Of a stretch of 64,000 nucleotides of DNA, positions 42,468 through 56,603 are shown piece after piece. The stretch spans positions 28,864,001 to 28,928,000 of the forward strand of contig CP086569.2 of NCBI GenBank assembly GCA_009914755.4. The letters run 5' to 3'. Position numbers and translations under genes: made by a program. The stretch's first letter is position 1. Each line of letters begins with the position of its first letter. The notes under the pieces are model-generated. The model worked only from the letters and a program-made list of their open reading frames with translations. It was not told where the DNA came from and searched no databases. The DNA comes from the human T2T-CHM13v2.0 reference genome, Homo sapiens.

Positions 42468-45400
42468 TATTCCATGCCATTTGATTTCATTGCATTCCAT
42501 TCCGTTTGATTCCAGTCCATTCAAGAAAGTTCCATTCCAGTCCATTGCTTTCGAGTCCATTCCATTCCACTCTAGTCTATTCCACTCCATTCCTTTCCAT
42601 TCCATTCCATACTATTCCATTCCATTCGTTTGCTTTCCTTTTCCAATCTATTCGAGTCCATTGCATTCCAGTCCAATCCATTCGATTACATTCCTTTTGA
42701 TTCCCTGCCAGTCGATTGCATTGCATACTAGACCATTCCAAACGAGTCCATTCCATTCTATTTCAACACTTTCCATTCCACTCTGTTCGAGTCCATTCCA
42801 TTCCAGTCCATTTAATTCAAGGGCATTCCATTCCATTCCATTCCATTTCATATTATTCCATTACATTCAATTCCATTCCAGATGATTCCATTCCGTTCTA
42901 TACCATTGCTCTCTGTTCCATTCCATTCCATCTGTCTCCATTCCATTCGTTTCGATTCCTTTCCATTCCATTCCATTATATTTGATCCTGTTTTATTAAA
43001 TTGCATTCTATTCGAGTGATTTCCATTCGAGTCCTTTCCATTAGATTCCATTCCATTCTATTCCATTCCTTTGGATTCCATTCCGTTCCGTTCCGTTCAC
43101 ATCAATTCCTTGTGATTCCATTACATTCGATTTCTTGCCATTCGATTCCATTCCTTTTGACTCCATTTCATTCGATTCCATTCCATTCCATTAATTTCCA
43201 TTCCATTCGAGACCTTTCCATTGCAGTCTTTTCCCTTTGAGTCCATTCCGTTCGATTCCCTTCCATTCGATTCCATTCCATTGGAGTCCGTACCAGTCGA
43301 GTCCATTCTATTCCAGTCCATTAGTATCGACTCCATCGCATTCGAGTTCATTCCATTCCGTGGCTGTCCATTCCATTTCGTTTGATGCCATTCCATACGA
43401 TTCCATTCAATTCGAGACCATTCTATTCCTGTCCATTCCTTGTGGTTCAATTCCATTTCACTCTAGTCCATTCCATTCCATTGAATTCCATTCGACTCTA
43501 TTCCGTTCCATTCAATTCCATTCCTTTCGATTCCATTTTTTTCGAGAACCTTCCATTACACTCCCTTCCATTCCAGTGCATTCCATTCCAGTCTCTTCAG
43601 TTCGATTCCATTCCATTCGTTTCGATTCCATTCCATTCCAGCGCATTCCATTCCATTCCATTGCTTTCCTTTCCGTTTCATTAGATTCCATTGCATTTGA
43701 TTCCATTCAATTCAATTCCGTGCTATTCAATTTGATTCATTTCCATTTAATTCCATTCCATTATATTCCATTCCTTTCGATTCCATTCCTTTCGAATCCA
43801 TTCCATTGGAGTGCATTCACTTCCAGAACATTCCATTCCAGTCGAATCCATTCGAGTACTTTCCATTAATGTTCATTACATTCTAATACATTCCATTCCA
43901 TTGCATTCCATTCCATTCCTTTCGATGCCATTCGATTCCATTCCATGCCAAATCATTGCATTCCTTTCCATTCCGTTCCTATCAATTCCATTCCATTCGA
44001 TTTAGTTCGATTCTATTCACTTCCATTCCATTCGATTCCATTCCATTGGAGTCAATTCCTTTCGACACCCAGCCTTTCCAGTCAATGATTTTGGATTCCA
44101 TTTTTTTGCATTCCATTACATTCTATGACATTCGATTCCGTTTCATTGCATTCCATTCCATACATTTTTATTCCATTCGAGACCGTAGCATTCCACTTTA
44201 TTCTAGGCCTGTCCATTACACTACATTCCCTTCCATTCCAATGAATTCCATTCCATTCCAATCCATTCCTTTCCTTTCGCTTGCATTCCATTCTATTCTC
44301 TTCTACTGCATACAATTTCACTCCATTCGTTCCCATTCCATTCAATTCCATTCCATTCAATTCCATTCCATTTGTTTCCATTCTCTTCGATTCCATTTCT
44401 TTATATTCCATGCCATTCGATTCCATTCTATTGGATTGCATTACATTCGTGTTCATTCCATTCCAGACCATTCCATTTGACTCCATTCCTTTCGAGCCCT
44501 TTCAATTTGAGTCCATTCCTTTCCAGTCCATTTCACTCCAGTCCATTACTATCCATTCCCTACCATTCCATCCCATTGCATTCCATTCCATTCCATTCCA
44601 TTCCATTGCATTCCATTCCATTCCATTGCACTGCACTCCATTCCATTACATTCTATTCTATTACAGTCGATTTTATTGCATTAGATTCTATTCCATTGGA
44701 TTACTTTCCATTCGATTACATTCCATTCATGTATATTCCATTCCAGTCAATTACATTCGAGTTCATTACGTTACATTCCAGTATATTCCATTGTATTCGA
44801 TCCCATTCCTTTCAATTCCATTTCATTCGACTCCATTATATTCGATTCCATTCCACCCGAATCCATTCCATTAGAGGACATTCCATTCCAATGCATTCCA
44901 TTCCATTCCAAAGCATTCCATTGCATTCGATTCCATCCCATTTGATGCCATTCCGTTTGATGCCATTCCATGACATTCCATTCCATTCGAGTCCATTCCG
45001 TTCCAATTCATTCCATTCCGTTTCATGAAATTCGAGTCCTTTCCAGTACATTTCATTCCAATCCCATCCAATCCAATCTACTCCATTCAATTCCTTTCCA
45101 TTCCATTTGATTAGATTCCATTGATTTGATTCCATTCAGTTTGATTCCATTCCGTGAAATTTCGTTCCATTCTATTCCATTGCATTACTTTCCATTCAAT
45201 TCCATTCCATTTCATTTCAGTCCATACGCTTCCTTTCCTTTCGATTCAATTCCATTTGATTCCACTCCATTCTATGCGATTTCATTCCAATCGATTCAAT
45301 TCCATTCGATGACATTCCTTTCGTTTCCATTCCATTCGAGTCCATTCAATTTGAGCATTCGTGTCCATTCTATTCGAGTCCATTCCATTACCGTCTATTC

Positions 45401-46011
45401 TATTCCCTTCCATTCCTGTTGATTCAATTTCATTCCCTTCCATTCGATTCCTTTCCATTCGATTCCATTCCTTTCCATTCCATTCCATTCGCTCCCATTC
45501 CATGTGATTTCATTCCATTCCAGTCCATTATATTCGAGTCCACTCCACTCCATTCTATTACATTCAATTCCTTTTGAGTCCGTTCCATAACACTCCATTC
45601 ATTTCGATTCCATTTCTTGCCAGTTTTCTTCCATTTTATTCCATTCCGTTCGATTCCATTCCATTCGATTGCATTCCATTCGAATCCTTTCCATTCCATT
45701 TCATTCCATTCCTTTCTATTCCATTCCATTTCATTCGATTTGATTCCATTCTGTTCTATTCCATTCAATTCTTTTTCATTCCATTCGAATCCTTTCTATT
45801 GCAGTCCATTCCATTCGAGTCCATTCCAATCCCTTCCATTCCATTCCATTACAGTCCATTCCAATAGATTCCATTCCTTTGCCTTCCATTCGAATCCATT
45901 CCATTCTAGTCCATTCCATTTGAGTCAATTCCATTCCATGCCATTCTATTCCTTTCCAATCCATTCGATTCCATTCGATTCAATTCCATTTGATTCTCTT
46001 TCATTCTATTT
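42468..46011 (+). repeat. HSat3 HOR unit 13 (3544 bp), class C
   Basis: Anchor (CATTTGATTTC variant) at 42468 and 46012. From about 42.2 kb onward the ORF translations are identical to unit 14 (for example the 210-aa ORF at 43237..43869 equals the one at 46781..47413). Confidence 0.8.
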
Positions 46012-49000
46012 TATTCCATGCCATTTGATTTCATTGCATTCCATTCCGTTTGATTCCAGTCCATTCAAGAAAGTTCCATTCCAGTCCATTGCTTTCGAGT
46101 CCATTCCATTCCACTCTAGTCTATTCCACTCCATTCCTTTCCATTCCATTCCATACTATTCCATTCCATTCGTTTGCTTTCCTTTTCCAATCTATTCGAG
46201 TCCATTGCATTCCAGTCCAATCCATTCGATTACATTCCTTTTGATTCCCTGCCAGTCGATTGCATTGCATACTAGACCATTCCAAACGAGTCCATTCCAT
46301 TCTATTTCAACACTTTCCATTCCACTCTGTTCGAGTCCATTCCATTCCAGTCCATTTAATTCAAGGGCATTCCATTCCATTCCATTCCATTTCATATTAT
46401 TCCATTACATTCAATTCCATTCCAGATGATTCCATTCCGTTCTATACCATTGCTCTCTGTTCCATTCCATTCCATCTGTCTCCATTCCATTCGTTTCGAT
46501 TCCTTTCCATTCCATTCCATTATATTTGATCCTGTTTTATTAAATTGCATTCTATTCGAGTGATTTCCATTCGAGTCCTTTCCATTAGATTCCATTCCAT
46601 TCTATTCCATTCCTTTGGATTCCATTCCGTTCCGTTCCGTTCACATCAATTCCTTGTGATTCCATTACATTCGATTTCTTGCCATTCGATTCCATTCCTT
46701 TTGACTCCATTTCATTCGATTCCATTCCATTCCATTAATTTCCATTCCATTCGAGACCTTTCCATTGCAGTCTTTTCCCTTTGAGTCCATTCCGTTCGAT
46801 TCCCTTCCATTCGATTCCATTCCATTGGAGTCCGTACCAGTCGAGTCCATTCTATTCCAGTCCATTAGTATCGACTCCATCGCATTCGAGTTCATTCCAT
46901 TCCGTGGCTGTCCATTCCATTTCGTTTGATGCCATTCCATACGATTCCATTCAATTCGAGACCATTCTATTCCTGTCCATTCCTTGTGGTTCAATTCCAT
47001 TTCACTCTAGTCCATTCCATTCCATTGAATTCCATTCGACTCTATTCCGTTCCATTCAATTCCATTCCTTTCGATTCCATTTTTTTCGAGAACCTTCCAT
47101 TACACTCCCTTCCATTCCAGTGCATTCCATTCCAGTCTCTTCAGTTCGATTCCATTCCATTCGTTTCGATTCCATTCCATTCCAGCGCATTCCATTCCAT
47201 TCCATTGCTTTCCTTTCCGTTTCATTAGATTCCATTGCATTCGATTCCATTCAATTCAATTCCGTGCTATTCAATTTGATTCATTTCCATTTAATTCCAT
47301 TCCATTATATTCCATTCCTTTCGATTCCATTCCTTTCGAATCCATTCCATTGGAGTGCATTCACTTCCAGAACATTCCATTCCAGTCGAATCCATTCGAG
47401 TACTTTCCATTAATGTTCATTACATTCTAATACATTCCATTCCATTGCATTCCATTCCATTCCTTTCGATGCCATTCGATTCCATTCCATGCCAAATCAT
47501 TGCATTCCTTTCCATTCCGTTCCTATCAATTCCATTCCATTCGATTTAGTTCGATTCTATTCACTTCCATTCCATTCGATTCCATTCCATTGGAGTCAAT
47601 TCCTTTCGACACCCAGCCTTTCCAGTCAATGATTTTGGATTCCATTTTTTTGCATTCCATTACATTCTATGACATTCGATTCCGTTTCATTGCATTCCAT
47701 TCCATACATTTTTATTCCATTCGAGACCGTAGCATTCCACTTTATTCTAGGCCTGTCCATTACACTACATTCCCTTCCATTCCAATGAATTCCATTCCAT
47801 TCCAATCCATTCCTTTCCTTTCGCTTGCATTCCATTCTATTCTCTTCTACTGCATACAATTTCACTCCATTCGTTCCCATTCCATTCAATTCCATTCCAT
47901 TCAATTCCATTCCATTTGTTTCCATTCTCTTCGATTCCATTTCTTTATATTCCATGCCATTCGATTCCATTCTATTGGATTGCATTACATTCGTGTTCAT
48001 TCCATTCCAGACCATTCCATTTGACTCCATTCCTTTCGAGCCCTTTCAATTTGAGTCCATTCCTTTCCAGTCCATTTCACTCCAGTCCATTACTATCCAT
48101 TCCCTACCATTCCATCCCATTGCATTCCATTCCATTCCATTCCATTCCATTGCATTCCATTCCATTCCATTGCACTGCACTCCATTCCATTACATTCTAT
48201 TCTATTACAGTCGATTTTATTGCATTAGATTCTATTCCATTGGATTACTTTCCATTCGATTACATTCCATTCATGTATATTCCATTCCAGTCAATTACAT
48301 TCGAGTTCATTACGTTACATTCCAGTATATTCCATTGTATTCGATCCCATTCCTTTCAATTCCATTTCATTCGACTCCATTATATTCGATTCCATTCCAC
48401 CCGAATCCATTCCATTAGAGGACATTCCATTCCAATGCATTCCATTCCATTCCAAAGCATTCCATTGCATTCGATTCCATCCCATTTGATGCCATTCCGT
48501 TTGATGCCATTCCATGACATTCCATTCCATTCGAGTCCATTCCGTTCCAATTCATTCCATTCCGTTTCATGAAATTCGAGTCCTTTCCAGTACATTTCAT
48601 TCCAATCCCATCCAATCCAATCTACTCCATTCAATTCCTTTCCATTCCATTTGATTAGATTCCATTGATTTGATTCCATTCAGTTTGATTCCATTCCGTG
48701 AAATTTCGTTCCATTCTATTCCATTGCATTACTTTCCATTCAATTCCATTCCATTTCATTTCAGTCCATACGCTTCCTTTCCTTTCGATTCAATTCCATT
48801 TGATTCCACTCCATTCTATGCGATTTCATTCCAATCGATTCAATTCCATTCGATGACATTCCTTTCGTTTCCATTCCATTCGAGTCCATTCAATTTGAGC
48901 ATTCGTGTCCATTCTATTCGAGTCCATTCCATTACCGTCTATTCTATTCCCTTCCATTCCTGTTGATTCAATTTCATTCCCTTCCATTCGATTCCTTTCC

Positions 49001-49555
49001 ATTCGATTCCATTCCTTTCCATTCCATTCCATTCGCTCCCATTCCATGTGATTTCATTCCATTCCAGTCCATTATATTCGAGTCCACTCCACTCCATTCT
49101 ATTACATTCAATTCCTTTTGAGTCCGTTCCATAACACTCCATTCATTTCGATTCCATTTCTTGCCAGTTTTCTTCCATTTTATTCCATTCCGTTCGATTC
49201 CATTCCATTCGATTGCATTCCATTCGAATCCTTTCCATTCCATTTCATTCCATTCCTTTCTATTCCATTCCATTTCATTCGATTTGATTCCATTCTGTTC
49301 TATTCCATTCAATTCTTTTTCATTCCATTCGAATCCTTTCTATTGCAGTCCATTCCATTCGAGTCCATTCCAATCCCTTCCATTCCATTCCATTACAGTC
49401 CATTCCAATAGATTCCATTCCTTTGCCTTCCATTCGAATCCATTCCATTCTAGTCCATTCCATTTGAGTCAATTCCATTCCATTCCATTCTATTCCTTTC
49501 CAATCCATTCGATTCCATTCGATTCAATTCCGTTTGATTCTCTTTCATTCTATTT
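46012..49555 (+). repeat. HSat3 HOR unit 14 (3544 bp), class C
   Basis: Anchor at 46012 and 49556. Near-identical to unit 13. Confidence 0.8.
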
Positions 49556-52500
49556 TATTCCATGCCATTTGATTGCATTGCATTCCATTCCGTTTGATTC
49601 CAGTCCATTCAAGAAAGTTCCATTCCAGTCCATTGCTTTTGAGTCCATTCCATTCCACTCTAGTCTATTCCACTCCATTCCTTTCCATTCCATTCCATAC
49701 TATTCCATTCCATTCCTTTGCATTCCGTTTCCACTCTATTCGAGTCCATTGCATTCCAGTCCAATCCATTCGATTACATTCCTTTTGATTCCCTGCCAGT
49801 CGATTGCATTGCATACTAGACCATTCCAAAGGAGTCCATTCCATTCTATTTCAACACTTTCCATTCCACTCTGTTCAAGTCCAATCCATTCCAGTCCATT
49901 TAATTCAAGGGCATTCCATTCCATTCCATTCCATTTCATGTTATTCCATTCCATTCAATTCCATTCCAGATGATTCCATTCCATTCTATACCATTGCTCT
50001 CTGTTCCATTCCATTCCATCTGTCTCCATTCCTTTCGTTTCGATTCCTTTCCATTCCATTCCATTACATTTGATCCTATTTTATTAAATTGCATTCTATT
50101 CGAGTGATTTCCATTCGAGTCCTTTCCATTCGATTCCATTCCATTCTATTCCATTCCTTTGGATTCCATTCCATTCCGTTCCGTTCACATCAATTCCTTG
50201 CGATTCCATTACATTTGATATCTTGCCATTCGATTCCATTCCTTTTGACTCCATTTCATTCGATTCCATTCCATTCCATTAATTTCCATTCCATTCGAGA
50301 CCTTTCCATTGCAGTCTTTTCCCTTCGAGTCCATTCCGTTCGATTCCCTTGCATTCGATTCCATTCCATTGGAGTCCGTACCAGTCGAGTCCATTCTATT
50401 CCAGTCCATTAGTTTCGACTCCATTGCATTCGAGTGCATTCCATTCCGTGGCTGTCCATTCCATTCCGTTTGATGCCATTCCATACGATTCCATTCAATT
50501 CGAGACCATTCTATTGCTGTCCATTCCTTGTGGTTCGATTCCATTTCACTCTAGTCCATTCCATTCCATTCAATTCCATTCGACTCTATTCCGTTCCATT
50601 CAATTCCATTCCATTCGATTCCATTTTTGTCGAGAACCTTCTATTACACTCCCTTCCATTCCAGTGCATTCCATTCCAGTCTCTTCAGTTCGATTCCATT
50701 CCATACGTTTCGATTCCATTCCATTCCAGCCCATTCCATTCCATTCCATTCCTTTGCTTTCCGTTTCATTAGATTCCATTACATTCGATTCCATTCAATT
50801 CAATTCCGTGCTATTCAATTTGATTGATTTCCATTTAATTCCATTCCATTAGATTCCATTCCGTTCGATTCCATTCCTTTCGAATCCATTCCATTGGAGT
50901 CCATTCACTTCCAGAACATTCCATTCCAGTCGAATCCATTCGAGTACTTTCCATTAATGTTCATTACATTCTAATACATTCCATTCCATTGCATTCCATT
51001 CCATTCCATTCGATGCCATTCGATTCCATTCCTTGCCAAATCATTGCATTCCTTTCCTTTCCGTTCCTATCAATTCCATTCCATTTGATTTAGTTCGATT
51101 CTATTCACTTCCATTCCATTCGATTCCATTCCATTGGAGTCAATTCCTTTCGACACCCAGCCTTTCCAGTCAATGATTTTGGATTCCATTTTTTTGCATT
51201 CCATTACATTCTATGACATTCGATTCCGTTTCATTGCATTCCATTCCATACATTTTTATTCCATTCGAGACCGTAGCATTCCAGTTTATTCCAGGCTTGT
51301 CCATTACACTACATTCCCTTCCATTCCACTGAATTCCATTCCATTCCAATCCATTCCTTTCCTTTCGCTTGCATTCCATTCTATTCTCTTCTACTGCATA
51401 CAATTTCACTCCATTCGTTCCCATTCCATTCAATTCCATTCCATTCAATTCCATTCCATTTGTTTCCATTCTCTTCGATTCCATTTCTTTATATTCCATG
51501 CCATTCGATTCCATTCTATTGGATTGCATTACATTCGTGTTCATTCCATTCCAGACCATTCCATTTGACTCCATTCCTTTCGAGCCCTTTCAATTTGAGT
51601 CCATTCCTTTCCAGTCCATTTCACTCCAGTCCATTACTATCCATTCCCTACCATTCCATCCCATTGCATTCCATTCCATTCCAATCCATTCCATTGCATT
51701 CCATTCCATTCCATTGCACTGCACTCCATTCCATTACATTCTATTCTATTACAGTCGATTTTATTGCATTAGATTCTATTCCATTGGATTACTTTCCATT
51801 CGATTACATTCCATTCATGTACATTCCATTCCAGTCAATTACATTCGAGTTCATTACGTTACATTCCAGTATATTCCATTGTATTCGATCCCATTCCTTT
51901 CAATTCCATTTCATTCGACTCCATTATATTCGATTCCATTCCACCCGAATCCATTCCATTAGAGGACATTCCATTCCAATGCATTCCATTCCATTCCAAA
52001 GCATTCCATTGCATTCGATTCCATCCCATTTGATGCCATTCCGTTTGATGCCATTCCATGACATTCCATTCCATTCGAGTCCATTCCGTTCCAATTCATT
52101 CCATTCCGTTTCATGAAATTCGAGTCCTTTCCAGTACATTTCATTCCAATCCCATCCAATCCAATCTACTCCATTCCATTCCTTTCCATTCCATTTGATT
52201 ATATTCCATTGATTTGATTCCATTCAGTTTGATTCCATTCCGTGAAATTTCGTTCCATTCTATTCCATTGCATTACTTTCCATTCAATTCCATTCCATTT
52301 CATTTCAGTCCATACGCTTCCTTTCCTTTCGATTCAATTCCATTTGATTCCACTCCATTCTATGCGATTTCATTCCAATCGATTCAATTCCATTCGATGA
52401 CATTCCTTTCGTTTCCATTCCATTCGAGTCCATTCAATTTGAGCATTCGTGTCCATTCTATTCGAGTCCATTCCATTACCGTCTATTCTATTCCCTTCCA

Positions 52501-53099
52501 TTCCTGTTGATTCAATTTCATTCCCTTCCATTCGATTCCTTTCCATTCGATTCCATTCCTTTCCATTCCATTCCATTCGCTTCCATTCCATGTGATTTCA
52601 TTCCATTCCAGTCCATTATATTCGAGTCCACTCCACTCCATTCTATTACATTCAATTCCTTTTGAGTCCGTTCCATAACACTCCATTCATTTCGATTCCA
52701 TTTCTTGCCAGTTTTCTTCCATTTTATTCCATTCCGTTCGATTCCATTCCATTCGATTGCATTCCATTCGAATCCTTTCCATTCCATTTCATTCCATTCC
52801 TTACTATTCCATTCCATTTCATTCGATTTGATTCCATTCTGTTCTATTCCATTCAATTCTTTTTCATTCCATTCGAATCCTTTCTATTGCAGTCCATTCC
52901 ATTCGAGTCCATTCCAATCCCTTCCATTCCATTCCATTACAGTCCATTCCAATAGATTCCATTCCTTTGCCTTCCATTCGAATCCATTCCATTCTAGTCC
53001 ATTCCATTTGAGTCAATTCCATTCCATTCCATTCTATTCCTTTCCAATCCATTCGATTCCATTCGATTCAATTCCATTTGATTCTCTTTCATTCTATTT
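49556..53099 (+). repeat. HSat3 HOR unit 15 (3544 bp), class D1; first half of a 7048-bp dimeric super-repeat
   Basis: Anchor at 49556 and 53100. Translations are identical to unit 17 at offset 7048 (the 270-aa ORF at 49161..49973 equals 56209..57021). HaeIII site lost: GGCT at 51294-51297. Confidence 0.8.
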
Positions 53100-56000
53100 T
53101 ATTCCATGCCATTTGATTGCATTGCATTCCATTCCGTTTGATTCCAGTCCATTGCTTTTGAGTCCATTCCATTCCACTCTAGTCTATTCCACTCCATTCC
53201 TTTCCATTCCATTCCATACTATTCCATTCCATTCCTTTGCATTCCGTTTCCACTCTATTCGAGTCCATTGCATTCCAGTCCAATCCATTCGATTACATTC
53301 CTTTTGATACCCTGCCAGTCGATTGCATTGCATACTAGACCATTCCAAAGGAGTCCATTCCATTCTATTTCACCACTTTCCATTCCACTCTGTTCAAGTC
53401 CAATCCATTCCAGTCCATTTAATTCAAGGGCATTCCATTCCATTCCATTCCATTTCATGTTATTCCATTCCATTCAATTCCATTCCAGATGATTCCATTC
53501 CATTCTATACCATTGCTCTCTGTTCCATTCCATTCCATCTGTCTCCATTCCTTTCGTTTCGATTCCTTTCCATTCCATTCCATTACATTTGATCCTATTT
53601 TATTAAATTGCATTCTATTCGAGTGATTTCCATTCGAGTCCTTTCCATTCGATTCCATTCCATTCTATTCCATTCCTTTGGATTCCATTCCATTCCTTTC
53701 CGTTCACATCAATTCCTTGCGATTCCATTACATTGGATATCTTGCCATTCGATTCCATTCCTTTTGACTCCATTTCATTCGATTCCATTCCATTCCATTA
53801 ATTTCCATTCCATTCGAGACCTTTCCATTGCAGTCTTTTCCCTTCGAGTCCATTCCGTTCGATTCCCTTGCATTCGATTCCATTCCATTGGAGTCCGTAC
53901 CAGTAGAGTCCATTCTATTCCAGTCCATTAGTTTCGACTCCATTGCATTCGAGTGCATTCCATTCCGTGGCTGTCCATTCCATTCCGTTTGATGCCATTC
54001 CATACGATTCCATTCAATTCGAGACCATTCTATTGCTGTCCATTCCTTGTGGTTCGATTCCATTTCACTCTAGTCCATTCCATTCCATTCAATTCCATTC
54101 GACTCTATTCCGTTCCATTCAATTCCATTCCATTCGATTCCATTTTGGTCGAGAACCTTCTATTACACTCCCTTCCATTCCAGTGCATTCCATTCCAGTC
54201 TCTTCAGTTCGATTCCATTCCATACGTTTCGATTCCATTCCATTCCAGCCCATTCCATTCCATTCCATTCCTTTGCTTTCCGTTTCATTAGATTCCATTG
54301 CATTCGATTCCATTCAATTCAATTCCGTGCTATTCAATTTGATTGATTTCCATTTAATTCCATTCCATTAGATTCCATTCCGTTCGATTCCATTCCTTTC
54401 GAATCCATTCCATTGGAGTCCATTCACTTCCAGAACATTCCATTCCAGTCGAATCCATTCGAGTACTTTCCATTAATGTTCATTACATTCTAATACATTC
54501 CATTCCATTGCATTCCATTCCATTCCATTCGATGCCATTCGATTCCATTCCTTGCCAAATCATTGCATTCCTTTCCTTTCCGTTCCTATCAATTCCATTC
54601 CATTTGATTTAGTTCGATTCTATTCACTTCCATTCCATTCGATTCCATTCCATTGGAGTCAATTCCTTTCGACACCCAGCCTTTCCAGTCAATGATTTTG
54701 GATTCCATTTTTTTGCATTCCATTACATTCTATGACATTCGATTCCGTTTCATTGCATTCCATTCCATACATTTTTATTCCATTCGAGACCGTAGATTTC
54801 CAGTTTATTCCAGGCTTGTCCATTACACTACATTCCCTTCCATTCCACTGAATTCCATTCCATTCCAATCCATTCCTTTCCTTTCGCTTGCATTCCATTC
54901 TATTCTCTTCTACTGCATACAATTTCACTCCATTCGTTCCCATTCCATTCAATTCCATTCCATTCAATTCCATTCCATTTGTTTCCATTCTCTTCGATTC
55001 CATTTCTTTATATTCCATGCCATTCGATTCCATTCTATTGGATTGCATTACATTCGTGTTCATTCCATTCCAGACCATTCCATTTGACTCCATTCCTTTC
55101 GAGCCCTTTCAATTTGAGTCCATTCCTTTCCAGTCCATTACTATCCATTCCCTACCATTCCATCCCATTGCATTCCATTCCATTCCAATCCATTCCATTG
55201 CATTCCATTCCATTCCATTGCACTGCACTCCATTCCATTACATTCTATTCTATTACAGTCGATTTTATTGCATTAGATTCTATTCCATTGGATTACTTTC
55301 CATTCGATTACATTCCATTCATGTACATTCCATTCCAGTCAATTACATTCGAGTTCATTACGTTACATTCCAGTATATTCCATTGTATTCGATCCCATTC
55401 CTTTCAATTCCATTTCATTCGACTCCATTATATTCGATTCCATTCCACCCGAATCCATTCCATTAGAGGACATTCCATTCCAATGCATTCCATTCCATTC
55501 CAAAGCATTCCATTGCATTCGATTCCATCCCATTTGATGCCATTCCGTTTGATGCCATTCCATGACATTCCATTCCATTCGAGTCCATTCCGTTCCAATT
55601 CATTCCATTCCGTTTCATGAAATTCGAGTCCTTTCCAGTACATTTCATTCCAATCCCATCCAATCCAATCTACTCCATTCAATTCCTTTCCATTCCATTT
55701 GATTATATTCCATTGATTTGATTCCATTCAGTTTGATTCCATTCCGTGAAATTTCGTTCCATTCTATTCCATTGCATTACTTTCCATTCAATTCCATTCC
55801 ATTTCATTTCAGTCCATACGCTTCCTTTCCTTTCGATTCAATTCCATTTGATTCCACTCCATTCTATGCGATTTCATTCCAATCGATTCAATTCCATTCG
55901 ATGACATTCCTTTCGTTTCCATTCCATTCGAGTCCATTCAATTTGAGCATTCGTGTCCATTCTATTCGAGTCCATTCCATTACCGTCTATTCTATTCCCT

Positions 56001-56603
56001 TCCATTCCTGTTGATTCAATTTCATTCCCTTCCATTCGATTCCTTTCCATTCGATTCCATTCCTTTCCATTCCATTCCATTCGCTCCCATTCCATGTGAT
56101 TTCATTCCATTCCAGTCCATTATATTCGAGTCCACTCCACTCCATTCTATTACATTCAATTCCTTTTGAGTCCGTTCCATAACACTCCATTCATTTCGAT
56201 TCCATTTCTTGCCAGTTTTCTTCCATTTTATTCCATTCCGTTCGATTCCATTCCATTCGATTGCATTCCATTCGAATCCTTTCCATTCCATTTCATTCCA
56301 TTCCTTTCTATTCCATTCCATTTCATTCGATTTGATTCCATTCTGTTCTATTCCATTCAATTCTTTTTCATTCCATTCGAATCCTTTCTATTGCAGTCCA
56401 TTCCATTCGAGTCCATTCCAATCCCTTCCATTCCATTCCATTACAGTCCATTCCAATAGATTCCATTCCTTTGCCTTCCATTCGAATCCATTCCATTCTA
56501 GTCCATTCCATTTGAGTCAATTCCATTCCATTCCATTCTATTCCTTTCCAATCCATTCGATTCCATTCGATTCAATTCCGTTTGATTCTCTTTCATTCTA
56601 TTT
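53100..56603 (+). repeat. HSat3 HOR unit 16 (3504 bp), class D2; second half of the dimer, with a 25-bp and a 15-bp deletion relative to D1
   Basis: Anchor at 53100 and 56604. The 25-bp deletion junction is at about 53146-53153 (CCAGTCCATT|GCTTTTG). A 15-bp deletion lies near 55125. Near-identical to unit 18 at offset 7048. Confidence 0.8.
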
